DNA of 38,660 nt from a virus (taxonomy: Duplodnaviria; Caudoviricetes). The notes beneath the pieces are model-generated. The model was not told the origin of the DNA. It did not search any database and saw only the letters and a list, made by a program, of their open reading frames with translations. Each line of letters begins with the position of its first letter. The stretch's first letter is position 1. The stretch spans positions 1 to 38,660 of IMG/VR virus record IMGVR_UViG_3300037361_000007. One strand, given 5' to 3'. Position numbers and translations under genes: made by a program. Positions 25,695-34,832 of this stretch are shown piece after piece.

Positions 25695-27089
25695 ATGCTA
25701 AATCCATTAGATCAATCTTTTCTTATCGATAATTGTGAAAAAGATTTTTACTCCTTTTGCAGGGTTCTCAAGACTCGTTTTTATCTTCCAAATCGTACCC
25801 ATCTTTATACTCTATGCCATACCCTACAGGACTTTGCAGAGAATAAGATAATCGGGAAAGACGGTACTCCGATACAGAAACTAATGATAAACGTCCCGCC
25901 ACGTCATGGGAAAACATTGACAGTTGATATGTTCTCTCAATGGCTTCTCGGCCATGATCCAAAGACTAGCATAATTCGCGCTTGTTACAATGAGACGCTT
26001 TCGGGCCGCTCTGCTAAGACAGTCCGCGATGGTATTCAAGAGATAAAGGCAAGCGGAGAGCGTATAGTCTATGGTGACATATTCCCTAACACGAAGATAA
26101 AATACGGCGATGCTAGCTATCAAATGTGGTCGCTTGAGGGCTCGCCTTTTTCGTTTCTCGCCACTTCTCCAACCGGAACAATGACCGGAGTAGGTTGCAA
26201 GTGGGGCATAATCGATGACGTTATCCGCGACGCGAAAGAAGCATTTAATGATAGAATACTTGATGAGCATATGGATTGGTACGATAATACCTATAGCTCG
26301 CGTCTTGAGGCTGGAGCGAAAGAACTAGTAGTTATGACTAGGTGGTGCCCCAATGATCTTTGTGGTAAACTTCTCGCGAGGGAACAAGATGCGTGGTATG
26401 TAATAAAAATGCCAGCTCGCGAAGGTGGCACAATGCTTTGTGATGATATACTCGACTCTAAGACATACGACAGTAGAAAACTTCATGCCGACCCTATGAT
26501 ATTTTCTGCCAATTACGACCAAGAGACTTTTGAATCAAAGGATAGATTATATGGGGAGTTTAAGACTTACGATACAGTACAAGAAAAGTATGATCGAATA
26601 GAAGCATATTTTGATACTGCCGACGAGGGGGGCGACTATCTGGCCGGTATAGTGGTAGGGGTGAAAGATGGTATTGGTGATGTGTTAGATTTGATCTATA
26701 CTCAAGACTCGATGGAAAAGACAGAGCCACAAAGCGCGATAATGCTAACTAAGAATAAAGTAAATAAGGCTGTCGTGGAAAGCAATAATGGTGGTCGAGG
26801 TTTTGCTAGGAATATTGAAAAGATCATGCGTGATAGTGGTAATACGTTTACTCAAGTTGAGTGGTTCCATCAAGGCGAGAATAAAATGGCACGTATATTG
26901 TCGAATGCTACTTCTGTTACTAACTGTTTGCGATTCCCGTCAGGATGGCAAGAAGTATTCCCGCAAGTATATAGAGAATTGGTACTAGCTAGTAGGACTA
27001 GAAAAATGGTACATGATGATATAGAGGATTGCCTAACCGGAGTAATTGAGAAGATTCTAGGAAACAATACCAAGTTTGAGGTATGGTGA
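25695..27089 (+). CDS. terL: terminase large subunit
   Basis: Walker A NVPPRHGKT, Walker B IIDD, VMTRW...DL.G, nuclease motifs DTAD.G.D, ESNNGG, HDD..D.LT. Confidence 0.95.
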   Translation: MLNPLDQSFLIDNCEKDFYSFCRVLKTRFYLPNRTHLYTLCHTLQDFAENKIIGKDGTPIQKLMINVPPRHGKTLTVDMFSQWLLGHDPKTSIIRACYNETLSGRSAKTVRDGIQEIKASGERIVYGDIFPNTKIKYGDASYQMWSLEGSPFSFLATSPTGTMTGVGCKWGIIDDVIRDAKEAFNDRILDEHMDWYDNTYSSRLEAGAKELVVMTRWCPNDLCGKLLAREQDAWYVIKMPAREGGTMLCDDILDSKTYDSRKLHADPMIFSANYDQETFESKDRLYGEFKTYDTVQEKYDRIEAYFDTADEGGDYLAGIVVGVKDGIGDVLDLIYTQDSMEKTEPQSAIMLTKNKVNKAVVESNNGGRGFARNIEKIMRDSGNTFTQVEWFHQGENKMARILSNATSVTNCLRFPSGWQEVFPQVYRELVLASRTRKMVHDDIEDCLTGVIEKILGNNTKFEVW

Positions 27090-27190
27090 TTACTTCCACT
27101 TTGCCTAGCCCCTCTTTACTAATTGTATTTAGTTAATTATATTATATGTGGCTCTATATTGAGTCACATTTTTATTGGTAGGAGAATATC

Positions 27191-27832
27191 GTGGAACTAA
27201 AAAGGGCGCTTGAACTTAGGACTGAATACGCTGGAATATCTGGGGTAGTTAAATGTGATGGAGATTTTATTTGCCTTAACGATTTGAATGATTATTTCCC
27301 GAACAAAAGAATTGATATATGGGCCAAGACCGGGCCAACCCATGAACTTATAAGCGCGGTAGAGAAGGAATATCAATTACCACCTGGGGGTGGTATTATA
27401 GCTAAAAGGGGAAGAAATGGCGGAACGTTTGCCCATCACCTTATCGCCTTAGATTTTGCTGCATGGCTGTCGGTAGAGTTTAAGATAAAGGTTTATCAGG
27501 AGTATATAAACGGGACACAACGAAAGCAAGACTGGAATCTAAAGCGTATCCTTGCGGCCAATGGCTACAAGGTTTTGTGCGATGCTGTCACCGAGGCCCA
27601 TGATCCGGCTATGGGCTATCACTTCTCGAATGAGGCTCTAATGATTAACGAAATAGTATTCGGAGTCAGGGAGGGCACCGCTAGAGACAATGCCACGGAA
27701 GAACAACTTGATGCGGTTACAATGCTTGAGGGCGATAATTCAACTATGATAAAACTAGGAATGGATTATCAGACAAGAAAGACAAATCTAGCCGAAATGT
27801 ATAGCAAGCGGGCTACTAAGAAGATAGAGTAG
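27191..27832 (+). CDS. KilA-N domain protein
   Basis: FICLNDL, KRGRNGGTFAH..IALDFAAWLS.EFK; then KR.LA..GY, FSNEA.MIN.IVFG. Confidence 0.88.
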   Translation: MELKRALELRTEYAGISGVVKCDGDFICLNDLNDYFPNKRIDIWAKTGPTHELISAVEKEYQLPPGGGIIAKRGRNGGTFAHHLIALDFAAWLSVEFKIKVYQEYINGTQRKQDWNLKRILAANGYKVLCDAVTEAHDPAMGYHFSNEALMINEIVFGVREGTARDNATEEQLDAVTMLEGDNSTMIKLGMDYQTRKTNLAEMYSKRATKKIE

Positions 27833-27839
27833 GTACAAT

Positions 27840-28112
27840 ATGATATATACTGGTTTTAATGCTTTTGACATTATAGGCGAAATGAAGAAGGGCGGCCTAG
27901 TACTAGCACAATGCGAGGGACTTGATACTATAAAGTTTTCAAACTTGTGCGGGTGTACGCATGGCGTTAACATAGAGATACATACCGGTGATAACACGCC
28001 GACCAGGCCCAATCTTTGCAAGCTAGGATGCAATCCAATACTGGAATGTGGTAAAAAGAAGAGGCCGCCCAAGCCCGTATCCTACCAGCCTGATCTTACG
28101 GAAGGATGTTAA
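27840..28112 (+). CDS. Cys-containing hypothetical protein
   Basis: ORF follows the KilA-N gene closely. Confidence 0.55.
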   Translation: MIYTGFNAFDIIGEMKKGGLVLAQCEGLDTIKFSNLCGCTHGVNIEIHTGDNTPTRPNLCKLGCNPILECGKKKRPPKPVSYQPDLTEGC

Positions 28113-28119
28113 GCCCTAC

Positions 28120-28148
28120 TTGACATAATGATTCTTTCGTTCTATGCT
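28120..28148 (+). promoter_or_regulatory. sigma70-type promoter
   Basis: TTGACA, 17-bp spacer, TATGCT. Confidence 0.75.
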
Positions 28149-28177
28149 CTACGTAAGTTTACAGATAGGAGGCAAAA

Positions 28178-28747
28178 ATGACAGAGATTGAAGTGGCCAA
28201 GAAGATTTTGGAGCAAGGTGATTGTAATGAAGTATCATGCTTGGCCGATAATTGCCCAGCATATCGCGGGAATGGTTTTCGTGGCAGGTGTCTGGGTTTT
28301 GCTCCAAGGGAAAATGAGATGCCTCCTACTTCTAGTCAAGGTGGTCTCGATTCCAAGGGCCGTAAGTTTTTCGAGGACTTTCTGAAATCAAAGGAGGATA
28401 AGGGAATGGACAAGGATGATGCAATCAAGAGGTTGGACGCGCTCGACCATGAGGCCGCCGAGCTTAGGAAGATCATAGAGAAGGGTGATAAGCTTGTTTA
28501 TGATGATACTAAAATGTATGTAGCGATTATGAATGGCATCCCCTACCTTTTGTGCGGGCATGAACATAATAATTATTTTAGTTGGCATCGATTCGCATCC
28601 GCGAGCCCGGCCGAGCATGTCTGGGATAGTGCGGAAGATAATGGCCAGTATGCTCTTGATTCTGTCAAGGATTATGACATTCATGTTTTCGCCGATCCAA
28701 GGGAAGGCATGAAGTTTTTCTATGACCAGTCCATGAAGGCGCACTAA
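28178..28747 (+). CDS. hypothetical protein
   Basis: AGGAGG SD. Confidence 0.75.
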   Translation: MTEIEVAKKILEQGDCNEVSCLADNCPAYRGNGFRGRCLGFAPRENEMPPTSSQGGLDSKGRKFFEDFLKSKEDKGMDKDDAIKRLDALDHEAAELRKIIEKGDKLVYDDTKMYVAIMNGIPYLLCGHEHNNYFSWHRFASASPAEHVWDSAEDNGQYALDSVKDYDIHVFADPREGMKFFYDQSMKAH

Positions 28748-28754
28748 GAAACGC

Positions 28755-28783
28755 GGGCTCTCGAAAGAGGGCCTATTTTGTTT
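28755..28783 (+). terminator. intrinsic terminator
   Basis: GGGCTCTC-GAAA-GAGGGCCT followed by ATTTTGTTT. Confidence 0.75.
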
Positions 28784-28805
28784 GCAACACAATGGAGGCG
28801 AGATA

Positions 28806-29057
28806 ATGCAAATGACAGGTATATCAAAGCCAATTAGGCAGATAACAGATTGGCGAGTTGAGTATCGAGAGTCTGGCGATTGCTATGTTCTGGTGGGCAA
28901 GGCATCGAATGATTCCAGGTTTAATCCTCTAGACCCATACGAAGAGTTTAAGGATGGGCACAATATAGAAACGTCAATGCTTTATAACGTCGATTATGTA
29001 GGCAGGATGGCGGAGACCGCGAATAGTATCTATAGTTTGGTAGGTAACGGGAAGTAG
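28806..29057 (+). CDS. hypothetical protein
   Basis: GGAGG SD; W...L.G....D...F.DG..I.TS...ET.NS.Y.L pattern. Confidence 0.7.
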   Translation: MQMTGISKPIRQITDWRVEYRESGDCYVLVGKASNDSRFNPLDPYEEFKDGHNIETSMLYNVDYVGRMAETANSIYSLVGNGK

Positions 29058-29059
29058 CC

Positions 29060-29242
29060 ATGGATGAATCAAGGGCTAGAGAGATACTAGGCTTCAAGGA
29101 CGGACAAGAGTTTTCATGGGGCGACATACACGATTATGTGCGTCCAAACAATTATGATGATATCGTATGTATTGATGGGGATTTTAATGCCGACGAACTA
29201 GAGGCTATAGCATGGTGGATGAGGAACAAGGAGAGGAAATGA
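29060..29242 (+). CDS. hypothetical protein
   Basis: IDG.F.ADELEAIAWWMRN pattern. Confidence 0.7.
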   Translation: MDESRAREILGFKDGQEFSWGDIHDYVRPNNYDDIVCIDGDFNADELEAIAWWMRNKERK

Positions 29243-29387
29243 TTTTTACTCAACTACAGATTTTTGGCATTATTTTTATCCCATTCGTGGGCGGGTTATT
29301 GATAGGCGAATACATTGAATACCATAACCACCTAAACATCCGTTAATTATTCCGGGACTAAAACCGGGATTATTTTGTCTTTTATAC

Positions 29388-29416
29388 TTGACAAGAAACG
29401 CCGATAGATATAATGT
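29388..29416 (+). promoter_or_regulatory. sigma70-type promoter
   Basis: TTGACA, 17-bp spacer, TAATGT (overlapping a TATAAT). Confidence 0.65.
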
Positions 29417-29436
29417 TGAACTATCGGAGGGACGGA

Positions 29437-29631
29437 ATGAATACATTAAAGGTCAAGACTACAATCCATTGCACTACTCGCGGATGCGAAATGAAGCGGG
29501 CTAAGACAATAACCGTATCCGCTACAAATAAGAATGATGTCAAGTCCGAGGCTAACGAAAAGGTACAGGCGTGGCGAAAATCTTTGATCGGCCAGAATTG
29601 CAAAGTGTGCCAGTCGATTATTAACGGATAG
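29437..29631 (+). CDS. small Cys-containing hypothetical protein
   Basis: GGAGG SD before ATG 29437. Confidence 0.7.
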   Translation: MNTLKVKTTIHCTTRGCEMKRAKTITVSATNKNDVKSEANEKVQAWRKSLIGQNCKVCQSIING

Positions 29632-29904
29632 TCAATCTATCGAAAGCAAGGAGGAAATATGAAAGACGCCTATGTGATACTCGATGGCAACAAACTTTCG
29701 CAGACCTATTACTATGGGCGTGGCAAATGGGGACCGCGTAAGGATCAGGCGTTGCGGTATCGGTGCAAGAAAAGTGCCGACCATGCCGCGCTATTGCTTG
29801 ATTCTAATGCCTATCATGTTTCCGAGGATGCTACAGGGAAGTCTGTTTTTATTGTTGACGATTTAGCCTAGCCAATCTATCGAGAGGAGGAAGATATGAA
29901 AGAC
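29629..29904 (+). repeat. direct repeat pair at consecutive gene junctions (29629-29667 and 29869-29904)
   Basis: TAGYCAATCTATCGA...GGAGGAA..TATGAAAGAC occurs twice. Confidence 0.75.
29659..29871 (+). CDS. hypothetical protein
   Basis: AAGGAGG SD; bounded by the direct repeats. Confidence 0.7.
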   Translation: MKDAYVILDGNKLSQTYYYGRGKWGPRKDQALRYRCKKSADHAALLLDSNAYHVSEDATGKSVFIVDDLA

Positions 29905-30274
29905 AACAAACTAGAAGTAGGCGATGAGCTGTACTACATCGCTGGCATGGACTCGACAATGTACTATGCTGGGAAGATTGGCCGGGTGACTAAGACGTTG
30001 GCTTTTGTGGGCGATACGAAATACCGGATAGGAATTGAGAATAGATATACCGGTGATCCTTATACGGTTAAACCTGGAGATAGGGGGGGGGTATGAATCT
30101 CATCTATACTATTTACTCACGCCAGAGAAGAAAATCGAGCTAAAGAACAATCAAGCACGGCGCAAACTAGAGTCTGTATTTATCGATCAGTGCGGAAAAG
30201 ATGTTTATGCCACGGTACGTCGCTTGACAGACTCGCAATTATCTAGGATAGTAGAGATACTAGAGGAGAAGTAA
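29896..30274 (+). pseudogene. hypothetical gene split by a frameshift at a G9 tract (30083-30091)
   Basis: Removing one G fuses ORFs 29896..30096 and 30035..30274 (...PGDRGG-YESHLYY...). Confidence 0.6.
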
Positions 30275-30459
30275 TGTTTATAGATTCAGTGTCATATTTT
30301 ATTTACAAAATAAGATGTCTGTCCTATATAAAGGATAAGACACTACATGAGAAGATTGATATGTACATAGCTCGCGACAAGGGCATTCCATTTTGCTTAT
30401 ATGATGAGTATGTGACATGGCGAGCTAAAAAGATTAAGGAGGAATCAAATGCCGAGTGA
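30274..30459 (+). CDS. hypothetical protein
   Basis: TAATG overlap; GAGGAG SD. Confidence 0.6.
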   Translation: MFIDSVSYFIYKIRCLSYIKDKTLHEKIDMYIARDKGIPFCLYDEYVTWRAKKIKEESNAE

Positions 30460-30643
30460 GAAAGAAATTGAAGAAATTGTTGCATGGGCAAGTACTGATT
30501 CTCATGAATGCTATCAGCTTTTGGCGCAAGCCTATCTCTCCATGAAATCCGAGCGAGATAATTATAAAGCGCTGTACGAAGGATCGGAGAAGGCGGCGAA
30601 CATTGCGGAGGCAGAGCGAGACAAGTACAAGGCTATGGCCTAG
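30449..30643 (+). CDS. hypothetical coiled-coil protein
   Basis: AAGGAGG SD. Confidence 0.65.
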   Translation: MPSEKEIEEIVAWASTDSHECYQLLAQAYLSMKSERDNYKALYEGSEKAANIAEAERDKYKAMA

Positions 30644-30702
30644 GCGGATAACAAGACTATCGGGAAAGCAATTTATGATAGGCCAAGTAAGAGGAGTAGA
30701 CA

Positions 30703-30921
30703 ATGCCTGAAGTGAACAATAAAGCGAGTATTGAAGCGTTAAAACATGAGGAACGGTATACATGGGGTGAGTCTGATTATGGCAAGGCTTATGTCTATCG
30801 CATATGGGATTGGTATATCCTATTCGAGATTCCCCAATATGGTGGTCCAGGAATATTTTCAGGGGCTTATCCATTATTTAGGATTGATGATCTTATAGAT
30901 GAAGTTAAATCATGGACATAA
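30703..30921 (+). CDS. hypothetical protein
   Basis: GAGGAG SD; LFEIPQYGG motif. Confidence 0.7.
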   Translation: MPEVNNKASIEALKHEERYTWGESDYGKAYVYRIWDWYILFEIPQYGGPGIFSGAYPLFRIDDLIDEVKSWT

Positions 30922-30930
30922 TGTCCTGAA

Positions 30931-31188
30931 GTGAAAAGCGCAAGTGAGTTAGCAATCGAGATCGGGGAAATGCAGCCGGGGCGGGAGTATTACAAATGGG
31001 ACGATAGTATTGAGTTGACTACTAATCAGCTTATGGGGTATATACTTTCCGACCGTCGCGCCATGATGGAGAGATATAAGGAAGCAATAAAGAAAGCAGA
31101 AGCTAAAAGCAAGAAACTGCAATTATGCGCCAATGATGCTATAGCTGCTCTTGATTCAGCCTTTGCCGAGATTGAAGGAGGGAAGTAA
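30931..31188 (+). CDS. hypothetical protein
   Basis: Tight packing. Confidence 0.6.
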   Translation: MKSASELAIEIGEMQPGREYYKWDDSIELTTNQLMGYILSDRRAMMERYKEAIKKAEAKSKKLQLCANDAIAALDSAFAEIEGGK

Positions 31189-31509
31189 ATGGACTACACA
31201 CAACAGGACGTAGACCGGATACTAGAGGCAAGCGAGAAAGCTACGAAGGGCAACTGGCGCGTACGAAGTACTGGAAGGCATTGGAATAACCCCGCTCTTG
31301 AACATTTAGAAATATGCTATAGTGATGACGATGAATGTATTTGTGATACTGTTTACGAAAGACCTAATGCTGATTTGATGGCAGGTTCCCCCATTCTCGC
31401 CGACGAGGTAAGGAAACTAAGGGCCGAAAATGCTGCACTTAAAACACAAATAGACGGTCTTGATAAATGGCCGATTGAATATCCAGATGAGTCTGGGGAA
31501 TACACTTGA
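31189..31509 (+). CDS. hypothetical protein (Ead/Ea22-like)
   Basis: KAT.G.W ... NADL.A..P.L..EV..LR pattern. Confidence 0.65.
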   Translation: MDYTQQDVDRILEASEKATKGNWRVRSTGRHWNNPALEHLEICYSDDDECICDTVYERPNADLMAGSPILADEVRKLRAENAALKTQIDGLDKWPIEYPDESGEYT

Positions 31510-31515
31510 CTGGTT

Positions 31516-31803
31516 TTGCTATTCGATGTTATGATCTTAGATAAGGAGCCAATCGTGAATGATGTTTTTGTTAAGAATACTGATATAGTAGCGTACGGCC
31601 GCAATGTATCAGTTAATACAATCAATAGGGATTCCTCATGTTCTGAGTGGGGCCGCTATGCCGAAACTATCGTATTCGATAATACTACAAAACCCTATCG
31701 GAAAATACTTGAGATGGGTGAGACTCCAGAGGGATGCTTATTTACTCATGACAAGTTGGTCGATAAATGGAGCAAGGAGATTATTGCGGAGGCCGAAGAA
31801 TGA
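31516..31803 (+). CDS. hypothetical protein
   Basis: Fills the gap; ATGA overlap with the next gene; start uncertain. Confidence 0.5.
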   Translation: MLFDVMILDKEPIVNDVFVKNTDIVAYGRNVSVNTINRDSSCSEWGRYAETIVFDNTTKPYRKILEMGETPEGCLFTHDKLVDKWSKEIIAEAEE

Positions 31804-32081
31804 TAACCGTACTTTATTTCATGACGACTGGTTGGACGTGTCCGACCTGTATAGGCATGAAACCTCATATCATCGCCCTCTGTAAGGATATGAACGTCTC
31901 ATTACAACTGGTTGATATTTCAAAGCCCGGCCCGGATGGTGAAGACCTGGGGATACAATACAATATCTGTGGCTTGCCTACCGTGGTAGTTCTGCACGAA
32001 GGTGAAGAGGTTGGGCGCATTGATAGCGGAGTGACAAAGCAGGAAGTAATTGACCTGATTAAAGCAGCAAGGGAGGATTAG
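31800..32081 (+). CDS. thioredoxin-like protein
   Basis: WTCPTC (CxxC), YNI.GLPT.V...GEEV.R..G; start at ATG 31800. Confidence 0.85.
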   Translation: MITVLYFMTTGWTCPTCIGMKPHIIALCKDMNVSLQLVDISKPGPDGEDLGIQYNICGLPTVVVLHEGEEVGRIDSGVTKQEVIDLIKAARED

Positions 32082-32085
32082 TTTA

Positions 32086-32439
32086 TTGGATATTGAAGAT
32101 CGAAATGCAATTATGGAGAAACAGTACATGGAAGGGAACACGCTTGAGTTAATCGGTGGTAGGTTTAGCCTTACCCGTGAGCGCGTTCGTCAGATACTCA
32201 AGAAACGAGGGGTTGACCCACAGGCCGGAGGGATTGCACTAGTTAGGCGCATCACTCCGCCCAAGGTTAAGGTATCCAAGCGCAAGGTCTATCCGGCGGG
32301 TTATCATTTTTGTCGCAAGTGTGGGGTGCTTGACAAAGATGAAAACTTCTATCAGAATCATTCACAAGGCCGCGTGACTTTTATACACAAGCCATGCCGG
32401 AAAGAGTACATGAAAGAAAGAGCAAGAAGGATTAAATGA
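32086..32439 (+). CDS. sigma70 region-4-like HTH plus Zn-finger protein
   Basis: TLELIG.RFSLTRERVRQI; C-terminal CRKC...HKPC. Confidence 0.75.
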   Translation: MDIEDRNAIMEKQYMEGNTLELIGGRFSLTRERVRQILKKRGVDPQAGGIALVRRITPPKVKVSKRKVYPAGYHFCRKCGVLDKDENFYQNHSQGRVTFIHKPCRKEYMKERARRIK

Positions 32440-32591
32440 AAGATCATATCTATACCTTGTCTTATGTCTATCGTCTCAAGGAAGAGAACAAGGCCAAGTC
32501 AATCAAGAAGTTTATGGAGCAGATGGAGGCTGTTGACTATTTAAGGCTTGGAAACATATGGTGGTTTATAGACCAAACCGGGATATAGGTT

Positions 32592-32783
32592 ATGTTTGCT
32601 AGGTGCTATGTTTGTGGAAGGCGTCTTAAATCAGCGGAATCAATCGCGAAAGGCATAGGCCCTGTCTGTGATAGCCTATTGCATCCGTGTACACACAAAC
32701 ATAGGTACATATTAACAACTGTAAAGGAAACGGAACTAGACGAGAAAATGCAGTTGAAACTATTTGAGGAGGGGAATAGTTGA
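32592..32783 (+). CDS. DUF6011-like Zn-finger protein
   Basis: C..CGRRL....SI..GIGPVC. Confidence 0.75.
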   Translation: MFARCYVCGRRLKSAESIAKGIGPVCDSLLHPCTHKHRYILTTVKETELDEKMQLKLFEEGNS

Positions 32784-33046
32784 TAGTAGCATCCGCAATA
32801 AAGCTAGTCGATGGACGCGTATTTGTTGGCAAGAGGCACGGTGATTGCTTTGCTAATATCATTACGCTACATACGAAAATAGGAATGAGTCAAGAAGACG
32901 CTAGGAGATTACATTTTGATTGCGAGCAGGGCTTTGTTAATGACAAGCTCTGTTTCCTCACTCGCAGAGAAGCGGCGCAAGAGGCCGAAGAAAGCGGACA
33001 ATGGATAGCTACTTCTGATCTTTTACTTTCGGAGGATTTGTGGTAA
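32780..33046 (+). CDS. phage hypothetical protein
   Basis: G.RH.DC...QGF......FL.R.EA...A...GQ...L.SEDLW. Confidence 0.75.
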   Translation: MIVASAIKLVDGRVFVGKRHGDCFANIITLHTKIGMSQEDARRLHFDCEQGFVNDKLCFLTRREAAQEAEESGQWIATSDLLLSEDLW

Positions 33047-33062
33047 TATATAAAGGCAACAA

Positions 33063-33632
33063 ATGAATCTCACCCATAGAGAAAAAGACAAGCTAATACA
33101 AAAAAATATGTTTATAGTTTATCGGCTAACAAATAAATATAAGCAGGGTCTAGGGCGCGAAGATATGGAAGACCTAGAAATAGATTGCATGGTAGGGCTT
33201 AGCCGTGCGATAGACGCGTTCGATGAGAGCAAGGGATATACTTTGCAAGCCGTTGCTACAAAATACATAAGGGGAGAAATATCGAACTATTTCCAGGCCA
33301 GGCTCTCTGAATCATTTAAGCAAAACAACAATGCGGTTGATGATTGTGATGAAAACGAACCAATTAGTAGTTATGACCTGTCTCGTGACTATTATCTAAC
33401 AATTGATATAATGAGAGACAAGGGCATAATAAGCCGGGAAGATGTGAGTCTTATTTTTGATTTGATAAAAGATTACACCTACGCAGAGATAGGCAAACGT
33501 AGCGGAGTTACTAGGCAGTGGATAGGGTACAAGGTCAATAAGATACGGGCTAAAATAGCTAAGGCCAACGCGCTTCCTGTCGATAATTTACGCCTATGTA
33601 GCAAGGTTGGCAACATTGATATACAAAAATAA
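33063..33632 (+). CDS. phage-encoded sigma70-family factor
   Basis: Region 2: EDL.....GL.RAI..FD.SKG.....A..YI.GEI; region 4 HTH: YTYAEIG...GVTRQ.I. Confidence 0.8.
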   Translation: MNLTHREKDKLIQKNMFIVYRLTNKYKQGLGREDMEDLEIDCMVGLSRAIDAFDESKGYTLQAVATKYIRGEISNYFQARLSESFKQNNNAVDDCDENEPISSYDLSRDYYLTIDIMRDKGIISREDVSLIFDLIKDYTYAEIGKRSGVTRQWIGYKVNKIRAKIAKANALPVDNLRLCSKVGNIDIQK

Positions 33633-33653
33633 CAATAATTTTTAGTAAGTCTA

Positions 33654-33683
33654 TTGACATTTATTTTGCAATTATGCTAGATT
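33654..33683 (+). promoter_or_regulatory. sigma70-type promoter
   Basis: TTGACA, 18-bp spacer, TAGATT with a TG extension. Confidence 0.6.
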
Positions 33684-33700
33684 GTATATGGAGGATAAAG

Positions 33701-34204
33701 ATGGGTGAAGTTATGGGCAGGGTATGCTCAAATTGTGGGAAGAGCTGGGGGCAACATAATGGCAGTAGTTGCCCGGGATGCAAGGGATTGTTTGTGGATT
33801 CTGGAACTTTAAGGTCTTCAGGAATTGGTTCAACTAAGATTAATCCTTTCGAGGTGGGCAAGTGGTATATCGTTAAAGGCTATGAAGAGCGAGGGCCGGG
33901 AAAGTGCATAGGTTTTTCAGAGTCTAGCAATTCCCTATGTTTGGAACATCTAAATTGGGATGAGGGACATGATGGAAGTGGCGAAGGACTTTCTGGTAAG
34001 CCCGACCATTGTTGGGTTTATCACGACGTGGAAGCCTCGGAGATTCAGGCACCGCGTTCCTCTAATATCTCTGATTGCTCCTGTTATCCCATGGGCGCAG
34101 TGCTTGGTAAAGTTACAATCGAGACGCTTGTGCCTGATTCGGTCTCTATTAAATCAAGGTCTCAACGCCGTGCTGCAATATTGCGCGGCTTAACAATTGA
34201 TTAG
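33701..34204 (+). CDS. hypothetical protein
   Basis: GGAGG SD before ATG 33701. Confidence 0.7.
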   Translation: MGEVMGRVCSNCGKSWGQHNGSSCPGCKGLFVDSGTLRSSGIGSTKINPFEVGKWYIVKGYEERGPGKCIGFSESSNSLCLEHLNWDEGHDGSGEGLSGKPDHCWVYHDVEASEIQAPRSSNISDCSCYPMGAVLGKVTIETLVPDSVSIKSRSQRRAAILRGLTID

Positions 34205-34226
34205 CCCTAACGGGCGGGAGGATTCT

Positions 34227-34520
34227 ATGGCTACTCTTTTTGACAAACTCTATGCGGCGACCGAGGAAGCAACTAAGGTACTCAAAAAGCCCTTTGTGCT
34301 GAACAAGGTCAATCGGGCGCTTGACGGCGCGGCTGATTCCTACGATTCGGCCAAGATCGACACCCAGGAGAAGATCGATGTGCTCATGGCGAGGCTCGCA
34401 AATGGCGATACTGACGTTATTGCCGAACTGATTAGCGCTAGGCTTGACCTTGCGGAGATCGACGCACAGGCCGCCGAGGCCGTTAAGATCAAGGCGGAGT
34501 TTGGTTCGGCCGTCGAGTAG
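34227..34520 (+). CDS. helical hypothetical protein
   Basis: GGAGG SD before ATG 34227; followed by a GGGCGG/CCGCCC hairpin. Confidence 0.75.
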   Translation: MATLFDKLYAATEEATKVLKKPFVLNKVNRALDGAADSYDSAKIDTQEKIDVLMARLANGDTDVIAELISARLDLAEIDAQAAEAVKIKAEFGSAVE

Positions 34521-34598
34521 TACTCGCAAGTAGCGGTAGGGCGGTTCATTGCCGCCCGGTACTTTAAGTAAAAATCGTATTCCCTTTGCTTATTTCTC

Positions 34599-34627
34599 TT
34601 GACACAAAACTCGGCTAGTCGTATACT
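34599..34627 (+). promoter_or_regulatory. sigma70-type promoter
   Basis: TTGACA, 17-bp spacer, TATACT. Confidence 0.8.
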
Positions 34628-34654
34628 CATTATATCAAGTGAGGAAGGAACGGT

Positions 34655-34816
34655 ATGAATAAGTTTAACGAAGGCGATAAAGTTAGAGTTAAGTCGGACG
34701 GGCGCATTTTTACCGTAGACTGGAGAACGATGTATAATGATTTTACCGGCTCCAAGGTATTTGTGAAAGAAATTGATGGAGAATGGTTTTTTCGTGACAA
34801 TCTCGAACAGGTATAA
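34655..34816 (+). CDS. small beta-barrel-like hypothetical protein (53 aa)
   Basis: AAGGA SD; MNKFNEGDKVRVKSDG... Confidence 0.65.
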   Translation: MNKFNEGDKVRVKSDGRIFTVDWRTMYNDFTGSKVFVKEIDGEWFFRDNLEQV

Positions 34817-34832
34817 ATAGTTACGATTTTGC

